Assembly (NCBI GenBank): GCA_965228735.1
Contig: OZ245838.1
Span: 3,264,001-3,328,000 of the forward strand
Reading direction: 5' to 3'
Source of the DNA: Planctomycetota bacterium
GTDB taxonomy: Bacteria; Planctomycetota; UBA1135; UBA2386
Length of the DNA stretch: 64,000 nt
Position 1 is the stretch's first letter. Every line of letters begins with the position of its first letter. Below are positions 9,986 through 18,837 of this stretch, one piece after another. A program made the position numbers and the translations under genes. Under the pieces are notes generated by a model. That model did no database searches, was not told the origin of the DNA, and worked only from the letters and a program-made list of their open reading frames with translations.

Positions 9986-10609
9986 CTACTTCTTGATCTC
10001 GAACGTGACCTCGAGCACCGACGCCATGCCGTCGGGCCGCGGCCCGGAGATCGGCCCGGCCGGCACGGCGTCCGAGCGAACCCAGCGCCATAGGACGACA
10101 GGCTGGTCGGGCGCCAGCGGCAGCGTCGTCCGTTCGCGCCGTTCCTGGAACAGGGTGCCCTCGTTCTCGCCATCGAGGGCGTCCCATTCCGGCAGCGGGA
10201 CCGAGCGGTGCAGCCGCGTGCCGCCGAAGTCGAGGGCAACGAACAGCTCGCGAGGTCGCGACGACTCGACCTTGCGACCGGGCCCCAGTTGTTCACGCGG
10301 ATCGAGCATCAGCATCGCGAGGTCGAACTCGGTATCCGCCGGCAGGACGAACGTCGCGAGCGCGCGCTGCACCGCCCGCTCGCCGTTGTGCCAGATGGAC
10401 ACCCGCACGACGGCTCCCGCCTCCGGCCCGGACCGCCGCAACGAATACATGACGCTGTCGCCGAGCATGGTGCCGAGCAGGCCATGATGCTCGCCGCCGA
10501 ACTCGATCGGTTCGATCGTGACGCTCGGCCCCGTGACGGCGCTCTCGCCGCCGCAACCGGAGAACGCGGCGAGCATGGCGAGCGGAAGCAGACGCAGCAC
10601 GGATCGCAT
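9986..10609 (-). CDS. Hypothetical lipoprotein
   Basis: MRSVLRLLPLAMLAAFSG-C lipobox. Confidence 0.75.
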   Translation of the reverse strand: MRSVLRLLPLAMLAAFSGCGGESAVTGPSVTIEPIEFGGEHHGLLGTMLGDSVMYSLRRSGPEAGAVVRVSIWHNGERAVQRALATFVLPADTEFDLAMLMLDPREQLGPGRKVESSRPRELFVALDFGGTRLHRSVPLPEWDALDGENEGTLFQERRERTTLPLAPDQPVVLWRWVRSDAVPAGPISGPRPDGMASVLEVTFEIKK

Positions 10610-10706
10610 CGGACGATTGCAGCCGCGCACAGCGACGAACGCAAGCTGCGCCCATCGCGCGCGATTCCCGGTCACTCGACCGACCAGCGCAGGTAGCCTG
10701 CGGTGA

Positions 10707-11447
10707 ATGGCCAAGACGACCCTGATCCTCGGCGCGACGTCGGCCGTCGCGATGGAGGTCGCCAGACTCTGCGGCGCGCGCGGAGACCGGCTCTACCTCG
10801 TCGGCCGCGATCCGGCCAAGCTCGCGCCGCTGCTCGCCGAACTCGGCGACGCGGTGGTCGGCCACGAGAGCTGCGACCTCAACGAGTTCGACGAGGCCGG
10901 CCCGCGAGTCGAGCGGGCGATCCGCGCCCTCGGCGGCATCGACCGCGCGCTGATCGCGCATGGCTATCTCGGCGACCAGCAACGCAGCGAGCGCGAGTTC
11001 GACTACGCGAGCAGCATCATCGACACGAACTTCAAGAGCGCAGTCGCGCTGCTGCTGCCGCTCGCCGACCACTTCGAAGCGCAGGGCCACGGCCACCTCG
11101 CCGCGATCACCTCGGTCGCCGGCGTACGCGGCCGCCCGCGCAACTACACCTACGGTGCGTCCAAGTCGGCGCTCTCGACCTACCTCGAGGGCCTCCGCAG
11201 CCGGCTCTACCCGCGCGTTCGCGTGCACGACATCAAGCTCGGCCCCGTCGACACGCCGATGTCGGCCGGCCACCCGCAGAACTTCCTCTGGGGCGAGAAA
11301 CGCACTGTTGCCCGCGGCATCGTGCGTGCGCTCGAACGGCGCTGGCACGCGGTGTACCTGCCGCGCCACTGGTTCCTCGTCATGACCGTCGTGCGACTGC
11401 TGCCCGAGTTCGTGTTCCAGCGCTTCGGCTTCCTCGCGGGGCGGTAG
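10707..11447 (+). CDS. Short-chain dehydrogenase/reductase (DprE2-like subfamily)
   Basis: ILGATSAVA, TSVAGVRGR, YGASK catalytic YxxxK, GPVDT. Confidence 0.92.
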   Translation: MAKTTLILGATSAVAMEVARLCGARGDRLYLVGRDPAKLAPLLAELGDAVVGHESCDLNEFDEAGPRVERAIRALGGIDRALIAHGYLGDQQRSEREFDYASSIIDTNFKSAVALLLPLADHFEAQGHGHLAAITSVAGVRGRPRNYTYGASKSALSTYLEGLRSRLYPRVRVHDIKLGPVDTPMSAGHPQNFLWGEKRTVARGIVRALERRWHAVYLPRHWFLVMTVVRLLPEFVFQRFGFLAGR

Positions 11448-11615
11448 GCGGCCGGCGGCGCCGATCGCGCTGGATTCCCGGTTTTCCGGGTACGATCGCC
11501 TGGGCGCGGTCGGTAGGCCTGCATGACCGCCTTTGGCCCACCGCGACGCTGGACCGTGTCCGACATTCCACGCTCTCCCGTACCCGACGCGCCCCCTTTC
11601 GAACGCGAACCCGAC

Positions 11616-12146
11616 ATGGCCGACCAGGACGTCGAGGTGTTCGTGCGGGCGCACCAGACCGGGGTGTGGCGCTATCTGCGTCTGCTCGGCGCCGAGTCCG
11701 CGGATGCCGAGGACCTGCTGCAGGAGACGTTCCTGCGCTTCTTCCGCACCTCGACGCCGGAGCCCGAGAACCTGCCGCTCCTGCGGCGCATCGCGCGCGG
11801 GCTATGGGTCGATCGACAGCGGTGGCTGAAACGACGCCGCACGATCGTGTGGGCGGATCACGTCGACAGCGCGCTCGCCGAGCAGGCGTTCGCGGGGCGG
11901 GCGTTTGCCGGGTCGGGCGACGCGCTCGAAGGCCCGTGGCTCGACGCGCTCGCCGCCTGTCGCGAGCGGCTGCCCGCACGGTCGCGCCGCGCGGTCGAGC
12001 TGTGCTATCGCGACGGGCTGGATCGCAGCGCGATCGGTCGCGAGCTCGGTCTCGCCGACAACACGGTGCGCAACGTGCTCGCCAAGGCGCGCGTGAGCCT
12101 GCGCGGTTGCATCGAACAACGACTCACGGAGACGAACGATGAGTGA
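11616..12146 (+). CDS. ECF RNA polymerase sigma factor
   Basis: DAEDLLQETFL (region 2); LPARSRRAVELCY...IGRELG...TVRNVLAKAR (region 4). Confidence 0.88.
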   Translation: MADQDVEVFVRAHQTGVWRYLRLLGAESADAEDLLQETFLRFFRTSTPEPENLPLLRRIARGLWVDRQRWLKRRRTIVWADHVDSALAEQAFAGRAFAGSGDALEGPWLDALAACRERLPARSRRAVELCYRDGLDRSAIGRELGLADNTVRNVLAKARVSLRGCIEQRLTETNDE

Positions 12147-13344
12147 CTCCACGACTACCCGCGACGACGTCTTCGCCGCCCGCGTCGGTCTCGGATTGCG
12201 CGAGCTCGACGGCACCGAGCGCGCGCCCGACGTGGCCCACCTCGTCGCCGACGAGCTCGATCGCGACACCACCCCGGCAACACCCGGGTCGCCGCGCGGC
12301 TCACGCCGCCTCGTGCTCGCCGCCGCCCTCCTCGGCCTCGCCGTCACCGCCACGCTGCTCGTCGAGCGCCAGCTCGGCGGCCCGACGACCGATCCCGCGG
12401 CGCAGGATCCGCAGGGCGCGTGGCGCCTCGTCTACGAGCTGCCGCTGCTCGCGATCCTGCAGGACATGCCAGCCGGCAGCGATCCGGACACCGAGGTCGC
12501 GAGCTACCTGGACACCGTTCGAAAGCGCGTTGGTGATGACTCTGCCGTCACCCGACTCGACGAACGGACGTTCGCCGTCGACTTCACCGCGACGGGCGAC
12601 GAAAGCGTCGCACGGATGCGCGCATTGCTCGAACGGGGCGATCACCTCGCGATGCGCATCGTCGCGAGCCCCGGGTATTGGGCCGAGGGTGTGCGATTCG
12701 ATCTCGCCGCCGAGACGAAGCGACTGCGCACCTGGCTCGACGGCGGCGGCCGTGATCGCGTCCTGGACGATCCGCGCGCGCTCTCGGGGTATCGCTCCGG
12801 CACGACCGCGATCCGCTGGTTCCTGCATCGCGTGCGCCCGGACGAACGGGCCCCGGGCTCATGGCGCGCGCGATTCACGGGCCGACCCCAGATGAAGGCG
12901 GTGCCGCTGCACTCCGAGGACGACTGGAACCAGGGCAAGGTCCCACAGCGGATCGAGGCACTGGAACCGACGCAACGGCAGCTCCTCGAGCTCGTGGCCA
13001 TCAACATGCACGAGGTCGCGTTCGCCGGCGAGGACTTCGATCCGGAGCGAACCGTGATCACGAACGACCGCGAGCGGGATCTCGGCTACGAACTCGACTA
13101 CAGCGTGGTCGGCGCTCGAGCCGGCCTTTACGGCGAATTCTCGGAGAAGCACATCGGTCAGGCCTGCGCGATCCTCGTGAACAACGAGGTGTTGAGCGCG
13201 CCGATCTTCGAGTCGCGAATCCCCGGCGTCGGCCGGCTGAGCGGCCTCAGTCGAGCCGCGGCGAACGCGATCGCCCACGCCATGCGGGCGCCACTCGAAG
13301 CCACGCCGAGGCTCGTGCGCTCGTCGCCCCGCCAGGCGAAGTGA
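12139..13344 (+). CDS. Single-pass membrane protein with SecD/SecF P1-like periplasmic domain (putative anti-sigma)
   Basis: Overlaps the sigma stop; TM LVLAAALLGLAVTATLLV; FSEKHIGQACAILVNNEVLSAPIFESRI resembles the SecD P1 head. Confidence 0.65.
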   Translation: MSDSTTTRDDVFAARVGLGLRELDGTERAPDVAHLVADELDRDTTPATPGSPRGSRRLVLAAALLGLAVTATLLVERQLGGPTTDPAAQDPQGAWRLVYELPLLAILQDMPAGSDPDTEVASYLDTVRKRVGDDSAVTRLDERTFAVDFTATGDESVARMRALLERGDHLAMRIVASPGYWAEGVRFDLAAETKRLRTWLDGGGRDRVLDDPRALSGYRSGTTAIRWFLHRVRPDERAPGSWRARFTGRPQMKAVPLHSEDDWNQGKVPQRIEALEPTQRQLLELVAINMHEVAFAGEDFDPERTVITNDRERDLGYELDYSVVGARAGLYGEFSEKHIGQACAILVNNEVLSAPIFESRIPGVGRLSGLSRAAANAIAHAMRAPLEATPRLVRSSPRQAK

Positions 13345-13369
13345 CGCGCGGTGACCGGCCGGGCCGCCG

Positions 13370-14599
13370 TCACGCCCGGAACGGTCGCCCGGCCGCGAGG
13401 CACTCGGCGAGTTCCTGGTAGACCGCGACGAGCACTTCGTGGCCCGGACGCGGTCCGACGGCCCGCGCGATGCGTTCGGCGAGCGTGCCGGTCCGCAGGA
13501 TGTTGGCCACGTGGATCTCGAGCGCGACGGGTCCGGCGAACGATTCCTCGACGAGCCACTCCCAGAGCCGGCCTGCGGTCGTCACTTCGACGGGGTCCGC
13601 TCCGAACAGCGCGGCGAGCTCGGGATCGATCGCCGCCGTCGACCCCGACGTCGCGCAGCGATCGAGCTGCGCCCGCAGTTCTTCCGTCGAGCGACGAGCC
13701 TGGTCCGGGAACGCCGACCATCGTTCTTCGACGAGACCCGCGATCGCGCCCGAAACCGCAGCCACGACCGCGAGGTCCGCGAACGGACATTCCTGCCCGC
13801 CGATGAGCGTGAGCTCGATGACCGAGCGATCGAGCCGCGCCACCGCGCCGCGCGCGTTCGAGAGTTCGTGATCGAACAGGATCGGATCACCGCCGGCCCT
13901 CTCGAGCTCGCTCTGGATCGGCGCGAGCACCTCGGCGCGATACCGATCGAACTCGTAGACCGGTTCGGGGATCAGCGACCCGACCACCGCCGGCGTGGCT
14001 GCCGCGCGCGTCGCCCACCACGCGATGCGGTTGTCGAGCGCGGCGCCGCGCTCGCCCTCGACGACGGGCGAACTCGCAGCGAGGGCGGGGATCAACGGCA
14101 GCACGAGACGCACCGCTGCCATCAAGCGACCGAACTCGGACTCATCCGCGAACGGCAACTCGAAATGCACCCCCGAAACGTTGGCCCAACCGTGCGTTCG
14201 GCAGTTGAACAGCGCATCGATCTCGCGATACACCCGGCCGCTCGCGCGCGGCCAGACATGCGTTTCGTCGACGGGCACCATCCACGGATGCATGCCGCCC
14301 GGCAGCAGACGCGCGGACCGCGACCCGAGGAGTCGCGTGAGCTTCTTGACGCTGCGTTCGAACGGCTCGACGAGTTCGCCGAGCGTCGCTGCCGGCGCCA
14401 CGTTGCCGATCCGCAGCAGATGGCCGGCGAGATCGTGGGACCACACGACGGAGCCGTCGTCGACGCGTTCGGCCTGCTCATCGTCGCCGACCTCCGCGAG
14501 CAGATCCTCCGCGGCCGGCAGCACATCGAGCGACTCACGGTGGACGATCATGCAGCCGACATCGACGGTCCAGGCAGCGGACGGACCGGACGAACTCAT
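13370..14599 (-). CDS. Glutamate-cysteine ligase family 2 (GCS2)-like protein, degenerate active site
   Basis: GGMHPW, CRTHGW, ALAASSP, DNR, NARGAVAR, QECP. Confidence 0.8.
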   Translation of the reverse strand: MSSSGPSAAWTVDVGCMIVHRESLDVLPAAEDLLAEVGDDEQAERVDDGSVVWSHDLAGHLLRIGNVAPAATLGELVEPFERSVKKLTRLLGSRSARLLPGGMHPWMVPVDETHVWPRASGRVYREIDALFNCRTHGWANVSGVHFELPFADESEFGRLMAAVRLVLPLIPALAASSPVVEGERGAALDNRIAWWATRAAATPAVVGSLIPEPVYEFDRYRAEVLAPIQSELERAGGDPILFDHELSNARGAVARLDRSVIELTLIGGQECPFADLAVVAAVSGAIAGLVEERWSAFPDQARRSTEELRAQLDRCATSGSTAAIDPELAALFGADPVEVTTAGRLWEWLVEESFAGPVALEIHVANILRTGTLAERIARAVGPRPGHEVLVAVYQELAECLAAGRPFRA

Positions 14600-14800
14600 C
14601 GGCGTACCTCCAGCCCGGCTGGCTGGCTCGCGACCGCAGCGTTGTGTGAAGATTCGGAAAGGGGGCCCACGTCGGATGGCGTAACGGAAATGCAACGGGA
14701 GGACTGCGGCCCTCCCCACAGATTCTACGCACTTCGACCCAGTGGCGCCCCACAACGTCCGGCATGACCGGACTTTGGCGCCCGCACGGCGCTGCCCGAA

Positions 14801-16039
14801 TCAGCCGAAGAACAGATACGCCAGGCAGATACCGGCGATCACCGCCGTCAGGTCCGCGAGCAGCCCGCACGGCACCGCGTAGCGCGTGCGGCGGATCCCG
14901 ACGGAGCCGAAGTAGACCGCGATGACGTAGAACGTCGTGTCCGTCGCGCCCTGGAACGTGCACGCGAGTCGCCCGATGAACGAGTCGGCGCCGTGGGTCC
15001 GCATCGCGTCGAGCATCATCCCGCGCGCCCCGCTCCCCGACAGCGGCTTCATCAGCCCGGTCGGCAGCGCCTCGACGAACCGCGTGTCGCCGACGAACCA
15101 ACCGGCCACGACCCGAATCGCGTCGACGAGATAGTCGAGCGCGCCCGACTCGCGGAAGACGCCGATCGCCACGAGCATCGCGACGAGGTAGGGCAGGATC
15201 TTCACGGTGACGTGGAAGCCCTCCTTCGCGCCCTCGATGAACGACTCGTAGACGTTGACCCGGCGCAGCGCGGCGAGCCCGACGAAGCCGACGATCACGG
15301 AGTAGAGCGTGACGTTCGCGATCAGCGTCGAGACGACCTCGACCCGTTCTCGCGGCATGCTGAGGAAGAGCGCGATGAGCAGCGCGACGGCCGCGCCGAG
15401 ACCGACGAGCCAGGCCAGCACGACCTTGTCGAGGAGGCGGGTGCGCTGCAGGAGCGCCACGACGACGAGCCCGACGATCGTCGAGAAGAACGTCGTGAGC
15501 AGGATCGGCAGGAACACGTCGGCCGGATTCGCCGCCGCGAACTCCTCGCTCGAACGGTAGGCCATGATCGTGACGGGGATCAGCGTCAGCCCCGACGTGT
15601 TGAGCACGAGGAACATGATCTGCGCGTTCGACGCGGTCTCCTTGTCCTCGTTGAGCTCCTGCAGCTGCTGCATCGCCTTGAGGCCGAACGGTGTCGCGGC
15701 GTTGTCGAGCCCGAGCATGTTGGCCGAGAAGTTGAGCACCATCGTGCCGTGCACCGGATGATCACCCGGCACACCGGGGAACAACCGCCGGAAGAACGGC
15801 CGCACGAGCCGCGCCAGGATCGCGACGGCGCCGGCCTTCTCACCGACGCGCATGATCCCTAGCCACAGCGTCAGCACTCCGAACAGCGTGATGCAGATGT
15901 CGAACGACGTCTTCGCCATCCCGAACGTGCTCTCGACGATCCTGGAGAAGATCTCGACATCGCCGAGCACGACGAGCTTGAAGAGCGCGACGAGATACGC
16001 GATCACGAAGAACGCGACCCAGATGATGTTGAGTGCCAT
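14801..16039 (-). CDS. spmAB: Fused SpmA/SpmB (Gate-domain) membrane protein
   Basis: NFSANMLGLDNAATPFGLKAM, FIEGAKEGF, KPLSGSG, DTTFYVIAVYFG. Confidence 0.92.
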   Translation of the reverse strand: MALNIIWVAFFVIAYLVALFKLVVLGDVEIFSRIVESTFGMAKTSFDICITLFGVLTLWLGIMRVGEKAGAVAILARLVRPFFRRLFPGVPGDHPVHGTMVLNFSANMLGLDNAATPFGLKAMQQLQELNEDKETASNAQIMFLVLNTSGLTLIPVTIMAYRSSEEFAAANPADVFLPILLTTFFSTIVGLVVVALLQRTRLLDKVVLAWLVGLGAAVALLIALFLSMPRERVEVVSTLIANVTLYSVIVGFVGLAALRRVNVYESFIEGAKEGFHVTVKILPYLVAMLVAIGVFRESGALDYLVDAIRVVAGWFVGDTRFVEALPTGLMKPLSGSGARGMMLDAMRTHGADSFIGRLACTFQGATDTTFYVIAVYFGSVGIRRTRYAVPCGLLADLTAVIAGICLAYLFFG

Positions 16040-16049
16040 CGCGGCCCGC

Positions 16050-16748
16050 TCAGAGATCGGTGCGGGTCAGCAGCTCGCGGAACACCGGCGCGATCGTGCG
16101 CAGGTGATGCTCGAGCGACGCGACCGCGAGTTCATAGGTGATCACGTGGCAGCCGTGCTCGGGCGCCCACGACCCGAAGGAGCCGGGCGTGGCGTAGCCC
16201 ACCGAGTCGACGAGCGGCAGCTCCGACTGCTCCGCGAGCCAGCGACCCAGGTCGGTCGCGCCCGGATCCTCGACGCACGCGAGCGGCGCGTGCACGGCGA
16301 CCGCGGTCGCGGGCTGCAGCTCCTGGATCAGCTGCATCAACGCCTGCGTCTCCGGCTCCGAACCCGCGGCGTCGCCCGTCGACAGTTCGATGTCGCGCGG
16401 ATCCTCGGAGAACACGCGATGGCACACCGGCTCGGGGCTCCAGTTTTGCGCCGGCCAGTTGCGGTTGAGGTCGACGCCGTTCGCGTTGGCCCGCGTGCCG
16501 CGCGCGAGTCCGTCGGGATTGGCCGCGAGCACGACGGCGCAGTGCGGCGGCGGCTCGGCGAGATGCCGCAACGCCCACGACAGCGTCGTCGTCGATTCGG
16601 GCTCGTCGCCGTGGATGCCGGCGAAGACGAGCACGCGGCATTCGCCCGCAGGCCGAAAGACCTCGAGCGGCGCACCGAGGCGGCTCTTGCCGTAGACGTC
16701 GGACGGCAGCGCGACGGTGCCGCGCGCACTCCGGGGGCGGGTGGACAT
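16050..16748 (-). CDS. mpaA: Murein tripeptide amidase MpaA (M14 zinc peptidase)
   Basis: YGKSRLGAPL, AGIHGDE, NPDG...RANANGVDLNRN, SEPET, GYATPGSFGSW, ITYEL. Confidence 0.9.
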   Translation of the reverse strand: MSTRPRSARGTVALPSDVYGKSRLGAPLEVFRPAGECRVLVFAGIHGDEPESTTTLSWALRHLAEPPPHCAVVLAANPDGLARGTRANANGVDLNRNWPAQNWSPEPVCHRVFSEDPRDIELSTGDAAGSEPETQALMQLIQELQPATAVAVHAPLACVEDPGATDLGRWLAEQSELPLVDSVGYATPGSFGSWAPEHGCHVITYELAVASLEHHLRTIAPVFRELLTRTDL

Positions 16749-16759
16749 GGCGCGGGATG

Positions 16760-17797
16760 TTAGGCGAGGTCCGCTCGCGGCTCGACCCCGATCCCGGGTC
16801 GATCCGTCGCGAGCACGCAGCCGTCCTCGAACGGCAGCGCGTGGAACGGGTCGTTGGCGACGAGCAGCGCGCCGTCGAGATCGGCCCAGTCCGCGAGGCT
16901 CTGCAACTGGCACGCGGCCGCGATCGCGCACGACGTCTCGGTCATGCAGCCGAGCATCACGCGCAGGTCGAGCTCCTTGGCCAGTCCGATCATCGCGTGG
17001 GCTTCGCGCAGGCCGGTGCACTTCATGAGCTTGACGTTGATGCCGTCGTAGACGCCGCGCGCAGCGGCAACGTCCGCGAGCCGCTGCACGCCCTCGTCGG
17101 CGACGATCGGCAGGGGGCTGCGTTCGCGCAGCCATGCGAGGTCGTCCAGTCGTTCCTTCGGCATCGGCTGCTCGACGAGCTCGACCGCGTGCTCCGTCAA
17201 CCACTCGATCTCGCGCAGCGCGTGCTCGCGGTCCGACCAGCCCTGGTTGACGTCGACGCGCACTGGCACGGCGGTCACTGCTTGGATCGCCGCGATCATC
17301 GCGCGGTCGGCGGCGCTGCCGAGCTTGATCTTGAGCACGCGGTAGCCGGCGGCGTCGGCGTCGGCCGCGCGCTGCCGCACGTCATCGGGTTCGCCGATGC
17401 CGATCGTGAACGACGTCGGCCGGGCGCTCGTGCGATCGAGCCCGAGCCACTGCCAGTGCGGCTGCCCGCGCTGCTTGCCCTGCCAGTCGTGCAGCGCGAT
17501 GTCGAACGCCGCCTTGGCCGCCGTGTTGCCAACCGCGACCGCGTCGACCGCGGCGAGGATCGTTCCGGTGTCGAACGGGTCGTCGAACGCGGTCACGTCG
17601 ATCCGCTGCAAGAACGCCTGCGCCGACTCCTGCGTCTCGCAGAGGTACGGCGGCATCGACGCCTCGCCGTAGCCCGTCACGCCGTCGCGCTCGAGCTCGA
17701 CGAGCAGCGTCGGCGTCGTCGTGCGCGAGCTGTTCGCCAGCGTGAAGCGATGGCGCAGCTCGAGCGTGAACGGGATGCAGCGCAGCGCGAACGTCAT
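16760..17797 (-). CDS. L-Ala-D/L-Glu dipeptide epimerase (enolase superfamily)
   Basis: KIKLG, DVNQGW, EQP, ADE, NVKLMK, GCMTET, DLDG. Confidence 0.92.
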   Translation of the reverse strand: MTFALRCIPFTLELRHRFTLANSSRTTTPTLLVELERDGVTGYGEASMPPYLCETQESAQAFLQRIDVTAFDDPFDTGTILAAVDAVAVGNTAAKAAFDIALHDWQGKQRGQPHWQWLGLDRTSARPTSFTIGIGEPDDVRQRAADADAAGYRVLKIKLGSAADRAMIAAIQAVTAVPVRVDVNQGWSDREHALREIEWLTEHAVELVEQPMPKERLDDLAWLRERSPLPIVADEGVQRLADVAAARGVYDGINVKLMKCTGLREAHAMIGLAKELDLRVMLGCMTETSCAIAAACQLQSLADWADLDGALLVANDPFHALPFEDGCVLATDRPGIGVEPRADLA

Positions 17798-18765
17798 CGC
17801 ACCGCGGGGTCGAGCAGTTCGAGGGTCGCGGGACCGGCTGCCGCCCCCGCCACGAGTCGCGCCCGCCCGCCGAAAGGCAGAGTCCACGAACCGGGTCGAT
17901 GACCGAACGGGAAGCCCATGGCGACGGGCACGTCGAGATCCCCGAGGCGATCCGCTAGCACGGCCGTCATCGGCGGGTGCGCGCTCGCGAGTTCGGTCTC
18001 GTCGACGTGGAAGTCGCCGAGCACGACGCCGGCGACGCGCTCGAAGAGCCCGGTCTGGCGCAGCTGCGTGAGCATGCGATCGACGCGGTACGGCACCTCG
18101 CCGATGTCCTCGAGGAAGAGCAGGACATCGTCGCCGTCACGCCCGATCTCCCACGGCGTGCCGATGAGCCCCTGCAGGACCGCGAGGTTGCCGCCGACGA
18201 GGCGACCGGTCGCGGTGCCGACGGCGAGCGCGCGAGCCGCGGGCGCCGGCGGCAATGGCGTGGCCTGATCCGACCGCGTGAGCAGACCGTGCTGCAGTTC
18301 CCAGCCAGCTGTCAGGGGATCCATCGCGGGCGTCGTCGCGACCATCGGACCGTGGAACGACAGGACGCCGGCCCCCACCCGAGCACCCGCGAGCAGCGCC
18401 GTGATGTCGCTGTAGCCGACGATCGGTTTGGGATCCTCGCGAAGCGGCTCCCAGTCGAGATCAGGCAACAACCGCGCCGCGCCGTAGCCGCCGCGGCCGC
18501 AGAAGACGGCGCGGAATCGCGGCTCCGCGATGGCCTGCTGGAACGCGGCGAGACGGTCGGCGTCGGGCGCCGCGACCGTGCAACCCTCGGGCCAGTCCAC
18601 GCCGGCGTCGACGGCGCCGCTCGACAGCACGTGCGGCCGGAGCTGCCATTCCCGCAGCCGCTCGAGGCCATGCTCGAACGCGGCGAGATCGCGCACCGCG
18701 CTCGATGGCAACACGACGGCGACCTCGTCACCGGGCTGCAGGGCCTTGGGCAGCTGCCAGTCCAT
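17794..18765 (-). CDS. ldcA: LD-carboxypeptidase (peptidase S66)
   Basis: RGGYG, GYSDIT, GGNL, LEDIGE, FGH. Confidence 0.92.
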   Translation of the reverse strand: MDWQLPKALQPGDEVAVVLPSSAVRDLAAFEHGLERLREWQLRPHVLSSGAVDAGVDWPEGCTVAAPDADRLAAFQQAIAEPRFRAVFCGRGGYGAARLLPDLDWEPLREDPKPIVGYSDITALLAGARVGAGVLSFHGPMVATTPAMDPLTAGWELQHGLLTRSDQATPLPPAPAARALAVGTATGRLVGGNLAVLQGLIGTPWEIGRDGDDVLLFLEDIGEVPYRVDRMLTQLRQTGLFERVAGVVLGDFHVDETELASAHPPMTAVLADRLGDLDVPVAMGFPFGHRPGSWTLPFGGRARLVAGAAAGPATLELLDPAVR

Positions 18766-18837
18766 CGTGGCACTCTCGGCGGCGGATCAGCGCTTTGCAA
18801 CCGTGGCGCGAGAACGGGCCATGGCATGATGCACCGC

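Noticed and set aside
9430..9996. ORFs 9430-9996(+) and 9479-9982(-) with similar peptides as real genes
   Set aside because: The similarity comes from the palindromic element, and the rest overlaps the BNR gene.
14801..16039. spmAB as evidence of sporulation
   Set aside because: Fused SpmAB is widespread in non-sporulating bacteria and no sporulation genes are present.
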